Assembly: GCA_009914755.4 (NCBI GenBank)
Contig: CP068257.2
Location: forward strand, 36,000,001 to 36,064,000
Direction of reading: 5' to 3'
Source of the DNA: the human T2T-CHM13v2.0 reference genome, Homo sapiens
DNA length: 64,000 nucleotides
Below, piece by piece: positions 53,123-64,000 of this stretch. Position numbers and translations under genes: made by a program. Numbering within the stretch: position 1 is the stretch's first letter; the number at the start of each line of letters is the position of its first letter. The notes under the pieces were generated by a model. The model saw only the letters and a list, made by a program, of their open reading frames with translations, ran no database searches and was not told the DNA's origin.

Positions 53123-55102
53123 CTATAAGCACAGGATGTTATTCCATTTATTTAGATATTCTTTCATTTCTTTCAGCAGGACCTTATGATTTTCAGTATA
53201 TGAGTTTTCACTTCCTTGGTTGAACTTAGGTATTTTATTTCATTTTTTGGATGCTATTGTCAATGGGCCTGTTTTCTTAATTTCCTTTTTGAATTGTCCA
53301 TTGCTAGTGTATTGTGATATTGTGAAATATATATTTGGCCTTTATCCCATTTCCTGATACATAGCTCCTAAAACCACTAGAATCTCTGGAGTGTTAAGAA
53401 TGTCTTTTGTTTGCTACTGAGATGACTGGCAGCTGCAGACCTCTAGATAGCTTCCGGGTGGGGGCTGGCCACCTGAAAGACCATGGCATGATTAGAAGGT
53501 TGAGACTTTCGGTCCCACCCCCAACCTCCAGGGAAGGGAAGGGGGTTGAAGGTTCAGTTGATCACCAATGGCCAATGATATCATTACTCATGCCTACATA
53601 ATGAAGCTTCCATAGAAAAGCAAAAGGACTGAGTTCTGGGGGCTTCTGGAAAGCTGAACACATGGATGTTCCTGGAAGGGGTTAACCCAGGGAGGGCGTG
53701 CCCCTCTTCTTGCCTCTTCTCCCACACTTTGCCCTGTACCCTTCTTCCTTCTGGCTGCTCATCTGTACCCTTAATTATATCCTTTATAATAAATGGGTAG
53801 GTGTAAGTAGAGTGGTTCCCTGAGTTCTGTGAACTGCTTTCGCAAATTAATTGAATCCCAGGATGGGGTTGCGGGAACTCCCAATTTACAGCCAGTTGGT
53901 CAGAAGCACAGGCCACAACCTGTGCTTGCGACTGGCATCTGCCGGGGTGGGGCAGGCTTGTGGGGCTGAGCCCTCACCCTGTGGGATCTGACACTGCCTG
54001 CAGGTAGACAGTGTCAGAGCTGAACTGAATTAGGGAACACACAGGGGTGTCCACTGGAGAATGACCTGCAGCACTGGTTGTTGTTGGAGAAACCCCAACA
54101 GCCCTCTGGAGTCATGGAAGTGTTATCTGTTGTAAGAGTATAGTACGAGATGCGGAGTTTGTTTCTTCCTAGGTCCTTATGTATAGAAATTCAACATTTT
54201 TTTTTGTGTTGATCTTGTACTCTACAACTTTTCTGAATTTGTTTATTGGCTCTCGTAGTATTTTTGTGGATTCTTTGGGGTTTTCTCTGTATAAGATCAT
54301 GTTATCTTTGAATAGAACTAGTTTTACTTCTTTCCAATTGGAATACTTTCTGTTTCTTTTTTTTACTTAATTGCTCTGGAGGGAATTGTGTCTTGACCCA
54401 TTCTCTACCTGTAGTCTAGGAGGGATTGACCCCATCTCTTAAGGGTGATCCCTGCTTGGCTTAAGCAAGTCCATAGAGCTCATCTGCTTGTCCCCAGTGA
54501 TTGGGTCGGAAATGGCATATGACCTCCTTAAGGACAATGAGATGCAAAGAAATATAGCTTTAGCTTCTAGGAAGGAAGCTTCTCTTTTCTGTGGAAGCTT
54601 CTGGAAGAGATCCTGACTCTTCTGCTTGTGAGAAGTTGGGGCCTGAAATGTGGTGGACACTTCTGCTACCATGAAAGAAGTAGTCTAAGGATGACGGTGA
54701 TGCAGAAGGAAGGGAAAGCAGGAGACCTGGAGAAAAGGAGCTGGGTCTGGGGGTCATCTCAGCGCCTAGGAACCGGCAGCATCGGAAGTCCTCTCCCCCT
54801 GGGTTTTTGGTTGTATGAGCTAAGACATCCTCAATTTTTTTTTCTTTTTTCATAAGTCAGTTTGGGTTCTCTGACATCTCTTTTTACTTGAAAATGTTAA
54901 AGTTCAAGATACATGGTATATCCTTAGCTTAGTATAAACTTATCAGCTATGGTTGTTTCACTTGGACTTTTTACCTAATCAAAAAGGAAATAAAGATGTA
55001 ATACACATGTAAGGAGATGGTAGGTTTTTCTCTCTTTCTCTTTTTCTCCCTTCCCCTTCCCTTCCCTTCCTTTCTCTTTCTTTCTTCTCTCTCTCTCTGT
55101 TT

Positions 55103-55300
55103 TCTTGAGATAGGATCTGGCTATGTGGCTAAGGTGGGAGTGCAGTGGTACCATCACAGCTTACTGCAGCCTCGAACTCCTGGGCTAAAGTGGTCCTCCT
55201 GTCTCAGCCTCCCAAGTAGCTGGGACTACAGGTGCATGCTGCTGTGCCCTGTTAATTATTTTATTTTTTGTAGAGACAGAGTCTTGCTACATTGTCCAGG
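55103..55300 (-). mobile_element. Older, truncated Alu (AluJ/S-like), antisense.
   Basis: ttgagataggatctggctatgtggctaaggtgggagtgcagtggtaccatcacagcttactgcagcctcgaactcctgggctaaagtggtcctcctgtctcagcctcccaagtagctgggactacaggtgcatgc...tttgtagagacagagtcttgctacattgtccaggccag. Confidence 0.85.
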
Positions 55301-56699
55301 CCAGATTTTTCTTTTAAGTGTGGTAAATGCTATAAAAGTCTCCTTTTTACATTATTCTCAAAACGTTTTTAATGAGCAATAATATTCATTATTGAATGCA
55401 AAATGAGAGAGAGAAAACAAAGGAGGAGAAGAAGAATTGAGAGGAGACGGGGACAGGTAAGACAGCATGAGGGAAAGAGGAGTGGTGGAAATGGAGCAGA
55501 GGCTGGAGGAAGAGGGTTGGGACCTGAACCATCTCTAGGGCTATGGCCGATAGGCCCAGGGGCAGCCTGCTGGAGCTAGGGAAGTGGGTGGTTGTCCATC
55601 AGCTTTCCTGGGTGGTCCCATTACTGGGAGGCTTCCATCTCCAGCTGGACTGTCCTGCAGCTTCCTTTGGCTGGGCTGCCCCTGTCCCCTCCCCCTCTTC
55701 CAGTCCTGTTTCTTTCCAGGAGCCGGCTCCTTGGAGCTCATCCATCCTCCTTCCTGGGGCTCCAGGCTTCCTTTTCTCAGGGATAGGATTTGTCTCTCAG
55801 CTTCAGAAATGAGGGTGCATCTCAGAGCAGCACTTTTCCTGGCCCAGTGGCTGGGCTCACTTGTGTCTGTGTTGTGTCCAACTCACTCATCACACACCTG
55901 TTGTGGATAGGACACAACACAGGGACACAGGGATGAGACAGAAATGAGGACACAGGCACTGACATGCATAACCAGCAGACAGATGGGTATGTTTAATTTT
56001 AGAGGTGTGTTCAGAGTTAGAGGGGGACAGGGAAGGGAGGGATTCTCTAGGCAGGACTGAAGCAGGGAAGTCTTTACAAAAGATGTGCTGGGCTTTGAAG
56101 GATGAGTAGGAGTTGATCAGGCAAACCAGTGGAGGAAAGAAGGGGAAGGGGCTCTCATTGGGGCTCATCCTGGCTGCACATCGGAGACACCTGGAGGAGC
56201 CTTGGGAGAGAAGATGGCCAAAGAGCAGGGAGAGCTGATGCTGTTCCCTCAGGGTTTACCTGTTTGCTTCCATGCTGTGACTTTGAGCCCTGTGATTTCC
56301 CTTAGTGATGACAGCATATCCCAACCATGTGAAGTCTAACTGCCCTCTAGCCAGTGTAAACAGGCTATTCTGGAGTGTGGGGCCAGGGGAGAACCTTCAG
56401 ATCCCTGAAATATGCCCCAGATATGGTTTGCGGAACTCAACGGCATCTTTTTCACCTTCAACCCAACCTGTCCCCAATGTCAGCTCTCAGCTGAGTTACT
56501 GCAGCAAACCTTTCCCCAGTTACTGGCTGCTATCTGCACATTGTGTGACCAACTAATCTCTGTTTGCCTGGGACTTACCCACATTTAGCATTGAATGTCC
56601 CACATCCCGGAAATCCCTCAGTCCCAAGCAAATGAGGACAGTTGGTCATCTACAGCTCACACGCCAACCACAGCCATCCTTTCAAAATGCATGTAATGT

Positions 56700-57240
56700 C
56701 ATGCCACTCTTTGCTCGACACCCTCCAGGGCTCCCCTCTCAGAGCAAAAGCTACACAAAGCTCTCCCTGGCCTGGTGCCTGTGACCTCACTCGCCTCCTC
56801 TCTGCCCACTCCCCTCCTCACCCACTGGGCTCCGCCGAGTCAGGCCTCCTTGATGCTTCTCCAAGCTTCCTTTCACCACAGGGCCTTTGCATGCAGGTCC
56901 TCTCTGCTTGGAACACTCTCTCCCTGATACCCACAGGGCTCACACCTCCTCTCACCCAGGATGGATCTAGTATTAGCTCTGCAGGGACAGCTTCCCTGAC
57001 TCCCCTATACCTCACGTACTTCACCCCCTCCAGAGCCGTGATTCCTTTCCTTTCTGCACGTCTCACTCCGACAGGCTTACTTTCTGGTTTAGTCTTTCTC
57101 TGCTCACTTGGATGTAAGCTTGGTTTACTCATGCTGTGTCCTGACTACCTAGAACACTGCAGAGCGCATAGCATGAGGGCAATAAACGACGAATGAATAA
57201 ATGAATGAATGAATAATGAATGAATGATTGAATGAAAGAA
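56700..57240 (+). mobile_element. MIR-family (ancient SINE-like) element ending in a (GAAT)n tail.
   Basis: ...cctcctctctgcccactcccctcctcacccactgggctcc...ctccaagcttcctttcaccacagggcctttgcatgcaggtcctctctgcttggaacactctctccc...ggatgtaagcttggtttactcatgctgtgtcctgactacctagaacactgcagagcgcatagcatgagggcaataaacgacgaatgaataaatgaatgaatgaat parallels the MIR-type consensus (...ctagaatgtaagctccatgagggcaggg...cacctagaacagtgcctggcacatagtaggtgctcaataaatatttgttgaatgaatgaa). Confidence 0.6.
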
Positions 57241-57634
57241 ATCTGGACAACTTACTCACTTAGGGTGGCTAAGGAGAGGTAAGGGCTGCTTTTCCCAGAC
57301 AGCCCACCCTGCACTGCCCCTGTCCCCAAGCCTTCCAGGTGGACTCATGCAGTCCTGCTCGGAGCTCCTCTGCTGCTCCGGGTTTGACTCAATCGACACC
57401 CTTCGCACCACTTTCTAAGTGTCTCCTTTGGACTGGGCCCTTGAGCCATGAGCTTTCTTTTATTTAATGTGATATTCCCAGCGTCTGGCAATGTAGCAGG
57501 GGCTCCGTTTTGAACTACTGGCCTGTGCAAAACCAAAAGTCTTTCCTTTAAGGATCTGGAGTTAATATGATGGCTGCGTCTCAGAGATGTAAAGGCCACA
57601 CAGATGAGACCTCAGAGAGGAAGGAATCAAGTTG

Positions 57635-57990
57635 GCGGGGATTTTTCCGCGAGTGGCTGCATTGGCTTTAAGAAACTGCGCCGGGCTGGGCAGCCGACGC
57701 ACCGCTAGGTGGCGCACGCGCTCGCTGCGTCTTTCAGGGCTGCAGGTACGGTGCGGGTTTCTGGTGGCGCTGACCGCGCTGGGGATGAGCACCACTGTCA
57801 TCGCGGGGACCCTCGGGCTGCGCCTCTGCCCCTCGGTCCCCAGCACCCCTGGGAGGAGCTGCTGCGATGACACCCAGTCCCTGGGCGCCGCCGCATCGCC
57901 CTGCCCTGAGCGGAATTCTCCGGCCCCAGGAGAGGCCGTGTGGCCATAAAAGGGCTGACCTCCTGATTCGGACTCCGCAGGTAGTCACTA
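57635..57990. promoter_or_regulatory. Short CpG island (orphan/intronic). It may act as a promoter-like element, for example an alternative or antisense-transcript promoter.
   Basis: CpG density is locally very high (ccgcgagtgg...ctgcgccgggctgggcagccgacgcaccgctaggtggcgcacgcgctcgctgcgtc...ggtgcgggtttctggtggcgctgaccgcgctgg...catcgcggggaccctcgggctgcgcc...ggcgccgccgcatcgcc...gagcgg) against CpG-poor surrounding sequence. A TATA-like CATAAAAGGG lies at 57944-57953. Confidence 0.5.
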
Positions 57991-58177
57991 GGGGCTTTCG
58001 CTGCTCCTGGAAGCAATTTCAAACCAGCAAGCAGGCTCTTATAGACTCTTACACCAAAAGAAGAATTTGGAGGTCCACCCCTAAACAGTCCATCACTGTT
58101 ACATTGACTCCCAAATTCCTATGCTAGAGTTACCTTAACGGCAAGCCAGACCCCTGACCCCAACCCATGTCAATAGC

Positions 58178-58205
58178 GGGGGTGGGGGTGGGGGTGGGGG
58201 TGGGG
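58178..58205 (+). repeat. (GGGGT)5 simple repeat with G-quadruplex potential.
   Basis: The tract reads gggggtgggggtgggggtgggggtgggg. Confidence 0.9.
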
Positions 58206-60000
58206 TGCGCCGACCCTGCTGCGCTTGTCAGCTTCTCTAACTGTGGCTTGGCTCCTCTGTCCTCATGTGAGCTCTGGACCAGCAATACCTGCACCCTTGC
58301 CAGCAGGTTGCAAATGCAGAACCCAGACCTCCTGAATCTGAGCCTGCATTTTAACAGGGTCCGTGGGAGATTCGTGGGCACCACAGAACTGCAGGAGTGC
58401 TGGCGGAGGGCAGGGCTGAGTGCGGAAAGGGAGATGGGCAGGCCCATGGCGTGGGGACTGACCTTTGGCACAGGGCACGTCTGAGTGCAGAAAGGGAGGT
58501 GGCAAGTCTGTGGCTTGGGGACTGACCTTTGGGTCAGCGGTGGAGAGGAAGGGTACAGGGGTCCTTTCTCCAGGAGGTGGTCCTGGCATGGGCCAGGTGT
58601 GAGTCCCGTGACCTCCAGAAGCACATGGTAGGACAGGCCGGGCAGGCCAGGTAGGCCCTAAGCTCCATCTATTAGTGCAGGAGGGAGGCCCTGCACTTTG
58701 CTCACCACTGAACTCTGCCGCCAGCCAACACCAGGCACCTGATGGATCTATGTTGGGTGAAGCAATGAAGTGGACAGCCCAGTGCCTTGTGGAAGGGACA
58801 CCAGGGAGTGCTGAGGCCTGTGGGTGGGCGTATGAGGTGCAGGGCAGCTGGCATTGGCCTGGGGGCTGTGCTCAAAGACAAACTCCATCCACTTCTGGCT
58901 GTGCACAGGGCCAGCTTGGGGAGGTAGCAAGTGGATGAGCAAAACCAGGGGAAAGCAAGGCACCAGCCAGAGCTGTGTTCTCAGCAGGGTTGTGTTGGCC
59001 CAAGTGGGGACAGCAGCCATGTCTGGAGACATTTTTGATTGTCAAACTGGAGGGGGTGCTACTGGCACTTAGAGGTAGAGGCCAGGAATGCTGCACACAG
59101 CTTGCAAGGCACAGGATGGCCCCTGCAACAGAGAGTGACCTGGCTCCAAATGCCAATAGTGCTGAGGTTGAGGAACCACGAGAGAAAGCAGCAGGCTCTG
59201 CAGGCACTGGTGGAGATTTCTAGTGCCAATAGCTCTATGTCCCCTTCCCCACCTCCACCAGTCCCCATTGGGACCTGAGACCTTATTAGGAGTGACTACA
59301 GTGCTGGTCCCAGTTGACTAGGAAGAGGGCTCCTGGTCAGGCTGACGTTGCACTCAGGAGTCTAACTGTCCAGTGGCAGAAATCGATAATTGGTTCCAGT
59401 TCCTCTCCCCAGGTGCCACGATGCTGGCAGTGCCCACCACTCTGCTGGCCTTGGACTGCAGGACTGGTCCCTCCTGTGGCTTAAGACAAGCTCCAGCTAG
59501 TCTGCTGCAGTGTGACAGCCTGGGGATGGGGAGGGAGAGGACTCCGGTACACAGCCTGGGAGATGGCTTTTCCATGGCAACAGCTCAGTTCCTGGTAGGC
59601 AGCCCTCACCTGCTCTGATCCTGCCACATATGTGCAGCTCCCTGTGTTCCATCCAGAGATCAACTTGGCCAAAAGAATTTATTTTCAGTTTTTTGGGGAA
59701 AACCAATAAAAACACCTCCAAATAGCCCTGCTTTGCCAGGAGTACCAAATCCTTGGGTTTGCAGAAATACTAACGAGTGCTTTTATTTGACCTTTCCTTT
59801 CTTCTCCTTTCCCTTTCTTTCTTCTTTCTCCCTTTTTGTTGTTGTTTGTATTTGAAATTTATGCTTTATGTTTCATATGAGTTCATCATGATGGGGCTGT
59901 TTTCCATAACATTTTTCTTTAGCAAATTTCTTCAAAGTATGTGTTAAAATTATTTTTGTTTGACTATTGCATAAGCTCCAAGAGATCAGAAACTGTTTCT

Positions 60001-60335
60001 CTCCATCCATTTATCCATTCATTCAATCCATCCATCCATCCACTTCCTCACCCATATACCCACCCACACACCAAACCATTTGTCCATCCATCCATCCATC
60101 CATCCATCCATCCATCCATCCATCCACCCACCCACCCACCCATCCATCCACCCACCCACCCATCCATCCATCCATCCACCCACCTATCCACCCACCCATC
60201 CAGTCATTTCAGTCATCCATCAGTTCACTCATTCACCCATTCATCAACCCATTCATCAACACACCCTTCTGTTCACTCATTCATACAGCCAGCCAACAAT
60301 CCATTCATCCATCCATTAATTCATTCATTGGCAAA
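60001..60335 (+). repeat. Long degenerate (TCCA)n/(CCCA)n tetranucleotide microsatellite tract.
   Basis: catccatccatccatccatcc...cacccacccacccatccatcc... continues over ~330 bp. Confidence 0.9.
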
Positions 60336-60989
60336 GGCAAGCATTGGAATTGCTGCTCTTTGCCTAGCCCTACAAAAGCTCTTACTGTCACAGAGATATT
60401 TCTCTAGTGGAAGGCTAGAAATTCACAAAACAAAGTGTTAAATGCATTTGAGTGTTATGCACAAAGGCCCTATGGGGCCAAACAGAAGCCGGCTAACTTG
60501 GCGGGTGGTGGTGTCAGAGAAGATTTTAAAGAGGATGGGACCTATTAGGAGAGCCTTGAAGGATAAATGCAGGGCAGTGGGGTCAGTAATTATCTAGAAG
60601 CCACAGCTAGTGAGTGATTCGTTGGGCTGCTGAAGTGAAGATGGGGACATGAGATGATACTGATCAGGTAAGGTAGCATTGTAAAAGGACTTCAATGATG
60701 TCCAAGGAATTTGCATGTTATCCTGTAATCCTGTAGACAATAGGAGTTATCCATGAATGTTATGATCGGTGCTGTTTTAGAGAGAAACTTCTGGGATTGT
60801 ATAGAGAGGTGGGGATGCTCTCCTAAGTGTCTTAACTGATTGGTTTGAAAACTCTTTTCTGGGGTCATAGGCTTCTTGCATAATTCCCAGAAATACCCAG
60901 AAAGCCTCCATGATAGGCAGTGGTGCCTGGACCTGCAGCTCTGAGGGAAGGAGCCTGGAGGAGAGGACTACCTGCACTGAGCAATAACC

Positions 60990-61112
60990 CATTGATGAAT
61001 GGATTGATGAATGTATGGGTGGGTGGATGGATGGATGACTGGATGGGTGGACAGATGGATGAATGGACAGGTAGATGAATGAATGGATAGATGGGTGGAT
61101 AAATAAATAGAA
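60990..61112 (+). repeat. (TGGA)n/(TGAA)n tetranucleotide tract, the reverse complement of the 60001-60335 tract, forming an inverted pair.
   Basis: The tract reads attgatgaatggattgatgaatgtatgggtgggtggatggatggatgactggatgggtggacagatggatgaatggacaggtagatgaatgaatggatagatgggtggataaataaatag. Confidence 0.9.
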
Positions 61113-61849
61113 AAGACTACAGAGCTTTGTACATGTGGCTGAGAGACCCACGTAAACTCAGGGAGCACCTACTGTAGTGGTGAAGCATGTAGCTGTTGGA
61201 GCCAGTCTGAGGGGGCCAAATCCCAGCTCTACTGCTTACATGGTTTAAAACAAAGGCACAAAATATTTGATGCTCCCTCTTCAAGAGATGGAGCCTACGT
61301 TCCTTCCCCTTACATGTTGGCTGGATTTAGTAACTCATTTCTGTTAAATAAAGTGGAAGTGATGGTGTGTAACTTTAGAGACTAAGTCTAAAGGGTGCTG
61401 TGGGTTTTCTCTTTCTCTCTGGAATTGTTTGCTTTGGGGAAAATTAGCTATCATGTTGTGAGGATACCAAGCAACTTATAGAGATGTCCACGTAGCAAGG
61501 AACTGAGGCCTCCTGTCAACAGCCATATTAGTGTATCATCTTGGAAGTGGATCCTCCAGCCCCAGTCAAGCCTTCAGATGACTGCAGCCCCAGCCAACAT
61601 CTTGATTGCAACCTCATAAGTACTCAGCTAAGTAGCTCCTGAATTCTAGATCTACAGAAGCTGTGAGACAATAAGTGTTGGTTGTTTTCAGCCACTAAGT
61701 TTTGGGGTAAATTGTACAGCAAGAGATAACTAATACAAAAGCTATGTGCCCTTGGACAAGTTAATTCACTCTCCTGTGCCTCTGTTTCCTTACTCATATA
61801 ATTAGGGTGGTAATAACAGAATCTACATTATAGAGGAGCAGTAAGGATT

Positions 61850-61940
61850 TTGTGAGTTAATACGTGTGAAGCACTTAGAACAGGGCTGGCATGCAGTAAA
61901 TACTCAATGAATGTTAGTTATAACTACTGTTATTGATAAT
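61850..61940 (+). mobile_element. MIR 3'-end fragment.
   Basis: gtgtgaagcacttagaacagggctggcatgcagtaaatactcaatgaatgttagttataactactgttattg matches the MIR 3' consensus gcgcttagaacagtgcctggcacatagtaagcgctcaataaatgtt. Confidence 0.5.
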
Positions 61941-64000
61941 TGCGTGATCTCAGGCAAACACAGAAAGAACAGGGAAGAAATAGAGTGCTTGCTGAATGAA
62001 GGAAAGGTGGAAATCAACACTAGTCTTAACCATTTGTCATGTACTGTCAATCCAAGCTCAGCCCAAGGGTTAGTGTGTTCATTGGCCAGTGAAGTTTGAC
62101 TGACCTTCACCGAGGGGGCCTTCTGTATGGTAGGGATTACACTCAGCCTGGCACTCTGTTTATCTCTCTAAATCCTCAGGGCCACCTTTTGTATGAATTG
62201 GTGTATCACATACTGTCGCCTTTCTAGACATGGTTGGAAAAATCTTCAACATTAACCTGGAAGAGCTTTACCAAACATCTTCGTTATTCATTTTTGAAAC
62301 AACTGAGAGTATCCATGGTCACTGGTGCTCAGGGAATCCCTAAGTCAGCAGAAGGGCTGGATACCATTGTGACCATTTTAATTAAAATTCTTATTTGACA
62401 AGAGCCAGATATTTGTATGTATATCAATGGCATAGAGCAAATCATGCCTTTTTTCCTGTCTCTCTGATACAAAAGTGAGATTTATAGATCCCACTCATTC
62501 TCTCTCAACTGGTTTCCTCTACTGGCTAGGAGTATATATGAACAACAGCTTGTTTTCAACTATTATTTACTCATTTTTTACCTTTTGGAGTGAAAAAAGG
62601 TTGTAAAGTTCCATCTCAGTGCAGAAATTCCTGAGGAAGAAAGCCCTCTCGAGACAATTCAGAGTGAAATGTTGGGCAAGACCCAGCATTATGTTTCTCC
62701 CCCAGTCCTCCCTGAGACTGAGCCAGTATCCAAGGAGCTTCACTCCTTGAGCTCACAGAACAGTTGACCAACGAACTCTCGGCTGCACGTGGCTGCTGTC
62801 AAATTCCTGGGTATCCAGACTATGATGGTTAATTTTATATATCAACTCGACTGGGCATGGGGCACCCAGATATTTGGTTAAACAACCTTCTAGATACTTC
62901 CGTGAGAGTGGTTCTGGATGAGATTAGCATTTGAATCAATAGACTGAATAAAACTGATTGCCCTTATTCAATCTGCTGAAGCCCTGAACAGAACAAAAAG
63001 GCAAAGTAAAAGAGAATCTGCTCCCTTTGCCTGACTGTACTACAGCTGGGACACTGGTCTTCTCTTCCTTTTGGACTTGGACTTGGACTAGGACTACATC
63101 ATTAGCTTTCCTGGGTCTCCAGGAAACTGCAGGTCTTGGGAATTCTGAGCCTCCATAACTGTGTGAGCCAATGCTTGTAATAAATCATGTATATTTGTAT
63201 CTGCATAGACAGATGTATATCTCTCTCTTTCTATCTCTTCATCCATCCTATTGATTATATTTCTCTGGAGAACCCAGACTACATACACACTGTATAGAAT
63301 GCAGCCACCATCACTGTGACACCCTCCTGGCGCTTCTTTAACCCATGAACCCAGTATCTAGCTGCTCGCCAGGACAGTCCATTCTCCCAAGGGACAGCGC
63401 TCAGTAGCTCTGCAGAGGTTCCCATCAAGGACACTGGGCCTGAGGATCATGTTGGTTGTGAATGTCGCTATTATCTCTAGAGCTGAATGGAAGATTTCTA
63501 ACTAATCTCAAGGAACCTGTCCATTAGATGTCAAAGAATAAAAAGGTTCGGTTCTCACGACCCTAGTCAGAAATAACAATGCCAAGGTGTAGGGTTCCTC
63601 TTTTCTCTCTAATTCTCTTCAGGGGCTGAGAATTCTTGTGTGTTGCCTTACTTGGCATTTGCCAATTGATGCTGACAACTTGAAACTCTCAAATTAGGGG
63701 AGGAATTCCCAAGGTGTAGGCAGGGATAATGAAAGATGATCTAGAAATAGTCGTGGTAATCTGATAACTTGCCAAGTTCCTCTGATGTGCTCTTCTCTTT
63801 TTCTTCTCTGGACAGCTCTTATGTTGGTTTTGGTCTAAAAGAAGAGTGACAGGTGCCTGTTGGGGAATTTAACACTGGCTCTCACATTGTCCTGGGCCGA
63901 ACATAAACCTGTAATTTGATCAAGTGCTTCTGACAGGTGTATGCACATGCTTGTTTCACTCGGATCTGTCTTGAGGGAGTTGCTTCTTAGAAATTTCTGT

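Noticed and set aside
56642-57196. 184-aa plus-strand ORF.
   Set aside because: It lies within a MIR-family repeat (proline/serine/leucine-rich consensus translation) ending in a (GAAT)n tail. It has no coding signature or splice context.
57632-57949. 105-aa plus-strand ORF inside the CpG island that could be read as a first coding exon.
   Set aside because: CpG islands routinely contain chance ORFs. There is no Kozak context or homology I can recognise. I keep the island only as a putative regulatory element.
59941-60441. 166-, 146- and 79-aa overlapping plus-strand ORFs ([10 protein letters not shown]...), and the 124-aa minus-strand ORF 60777-61151.
   Set aside because: These are translations of (TCCA)n/(TGGA)n tetranucleotide microsatellites, i.e. 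low-complexity artefacts.

Overview
This window is primate, almost certainly human, nuclear genomic DNA. It is not a prokaryotic or phage sequence. At least 13 Alu SINEs are present, several with poly-A/T tails and target-site duplications. There are also L1 LINE fragments on both strands, solo-LTR-like repeats, MIR remnants, a 5'-truncated SVA, and many micro- and minisatellites. I see no operons, CRISPR arrays, tRNA/rRNA genes or defence-system-like gene clusters.

The one convincing protein-coding element is a terminal coding exon on the minus strand (7529-7854). It has a clean 3' splice acceptor and encodes the C-terminal cytoplasmic tail of an inward-rectifier K+ channel. From memory I recognise it as GIRK2/Kir3.2 (KCNJ6, chr21q22), because of the WGYRF...FYEVDY...FHETYE block and the terminal -ESKV class-I PDZ ligand. 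If that is right, sequence to the left of the exon (coordinates below 7529) is 3'UTR, and everything to its right (above 7854) is the large upstream intron of this gene.

Other points worth a second look:
- a short orphan CpG island at about 57.6-58.0 kb, with a (GGGGT)5 G-quadruplex motif just downstream;
- a GC-rich 15-bp-unit minisatellite abutting the SVA;
- a repeat-free GC-rich block at 38-43.3 kb that may be regulatory;
- a local ~320-bp direct duplication;
- an inverted pair of tetranucleotide microsatellite tracts.

The supplied ORFs longer than 60 aa are, with the single exon exception, translations of repeats or chance ORFs in GC-rich DNA. I could not run alignments or searches. The gene identification and the repeat family names come from recall of consensus sequences and should be confirmed with BLAT/RepeatMasker.
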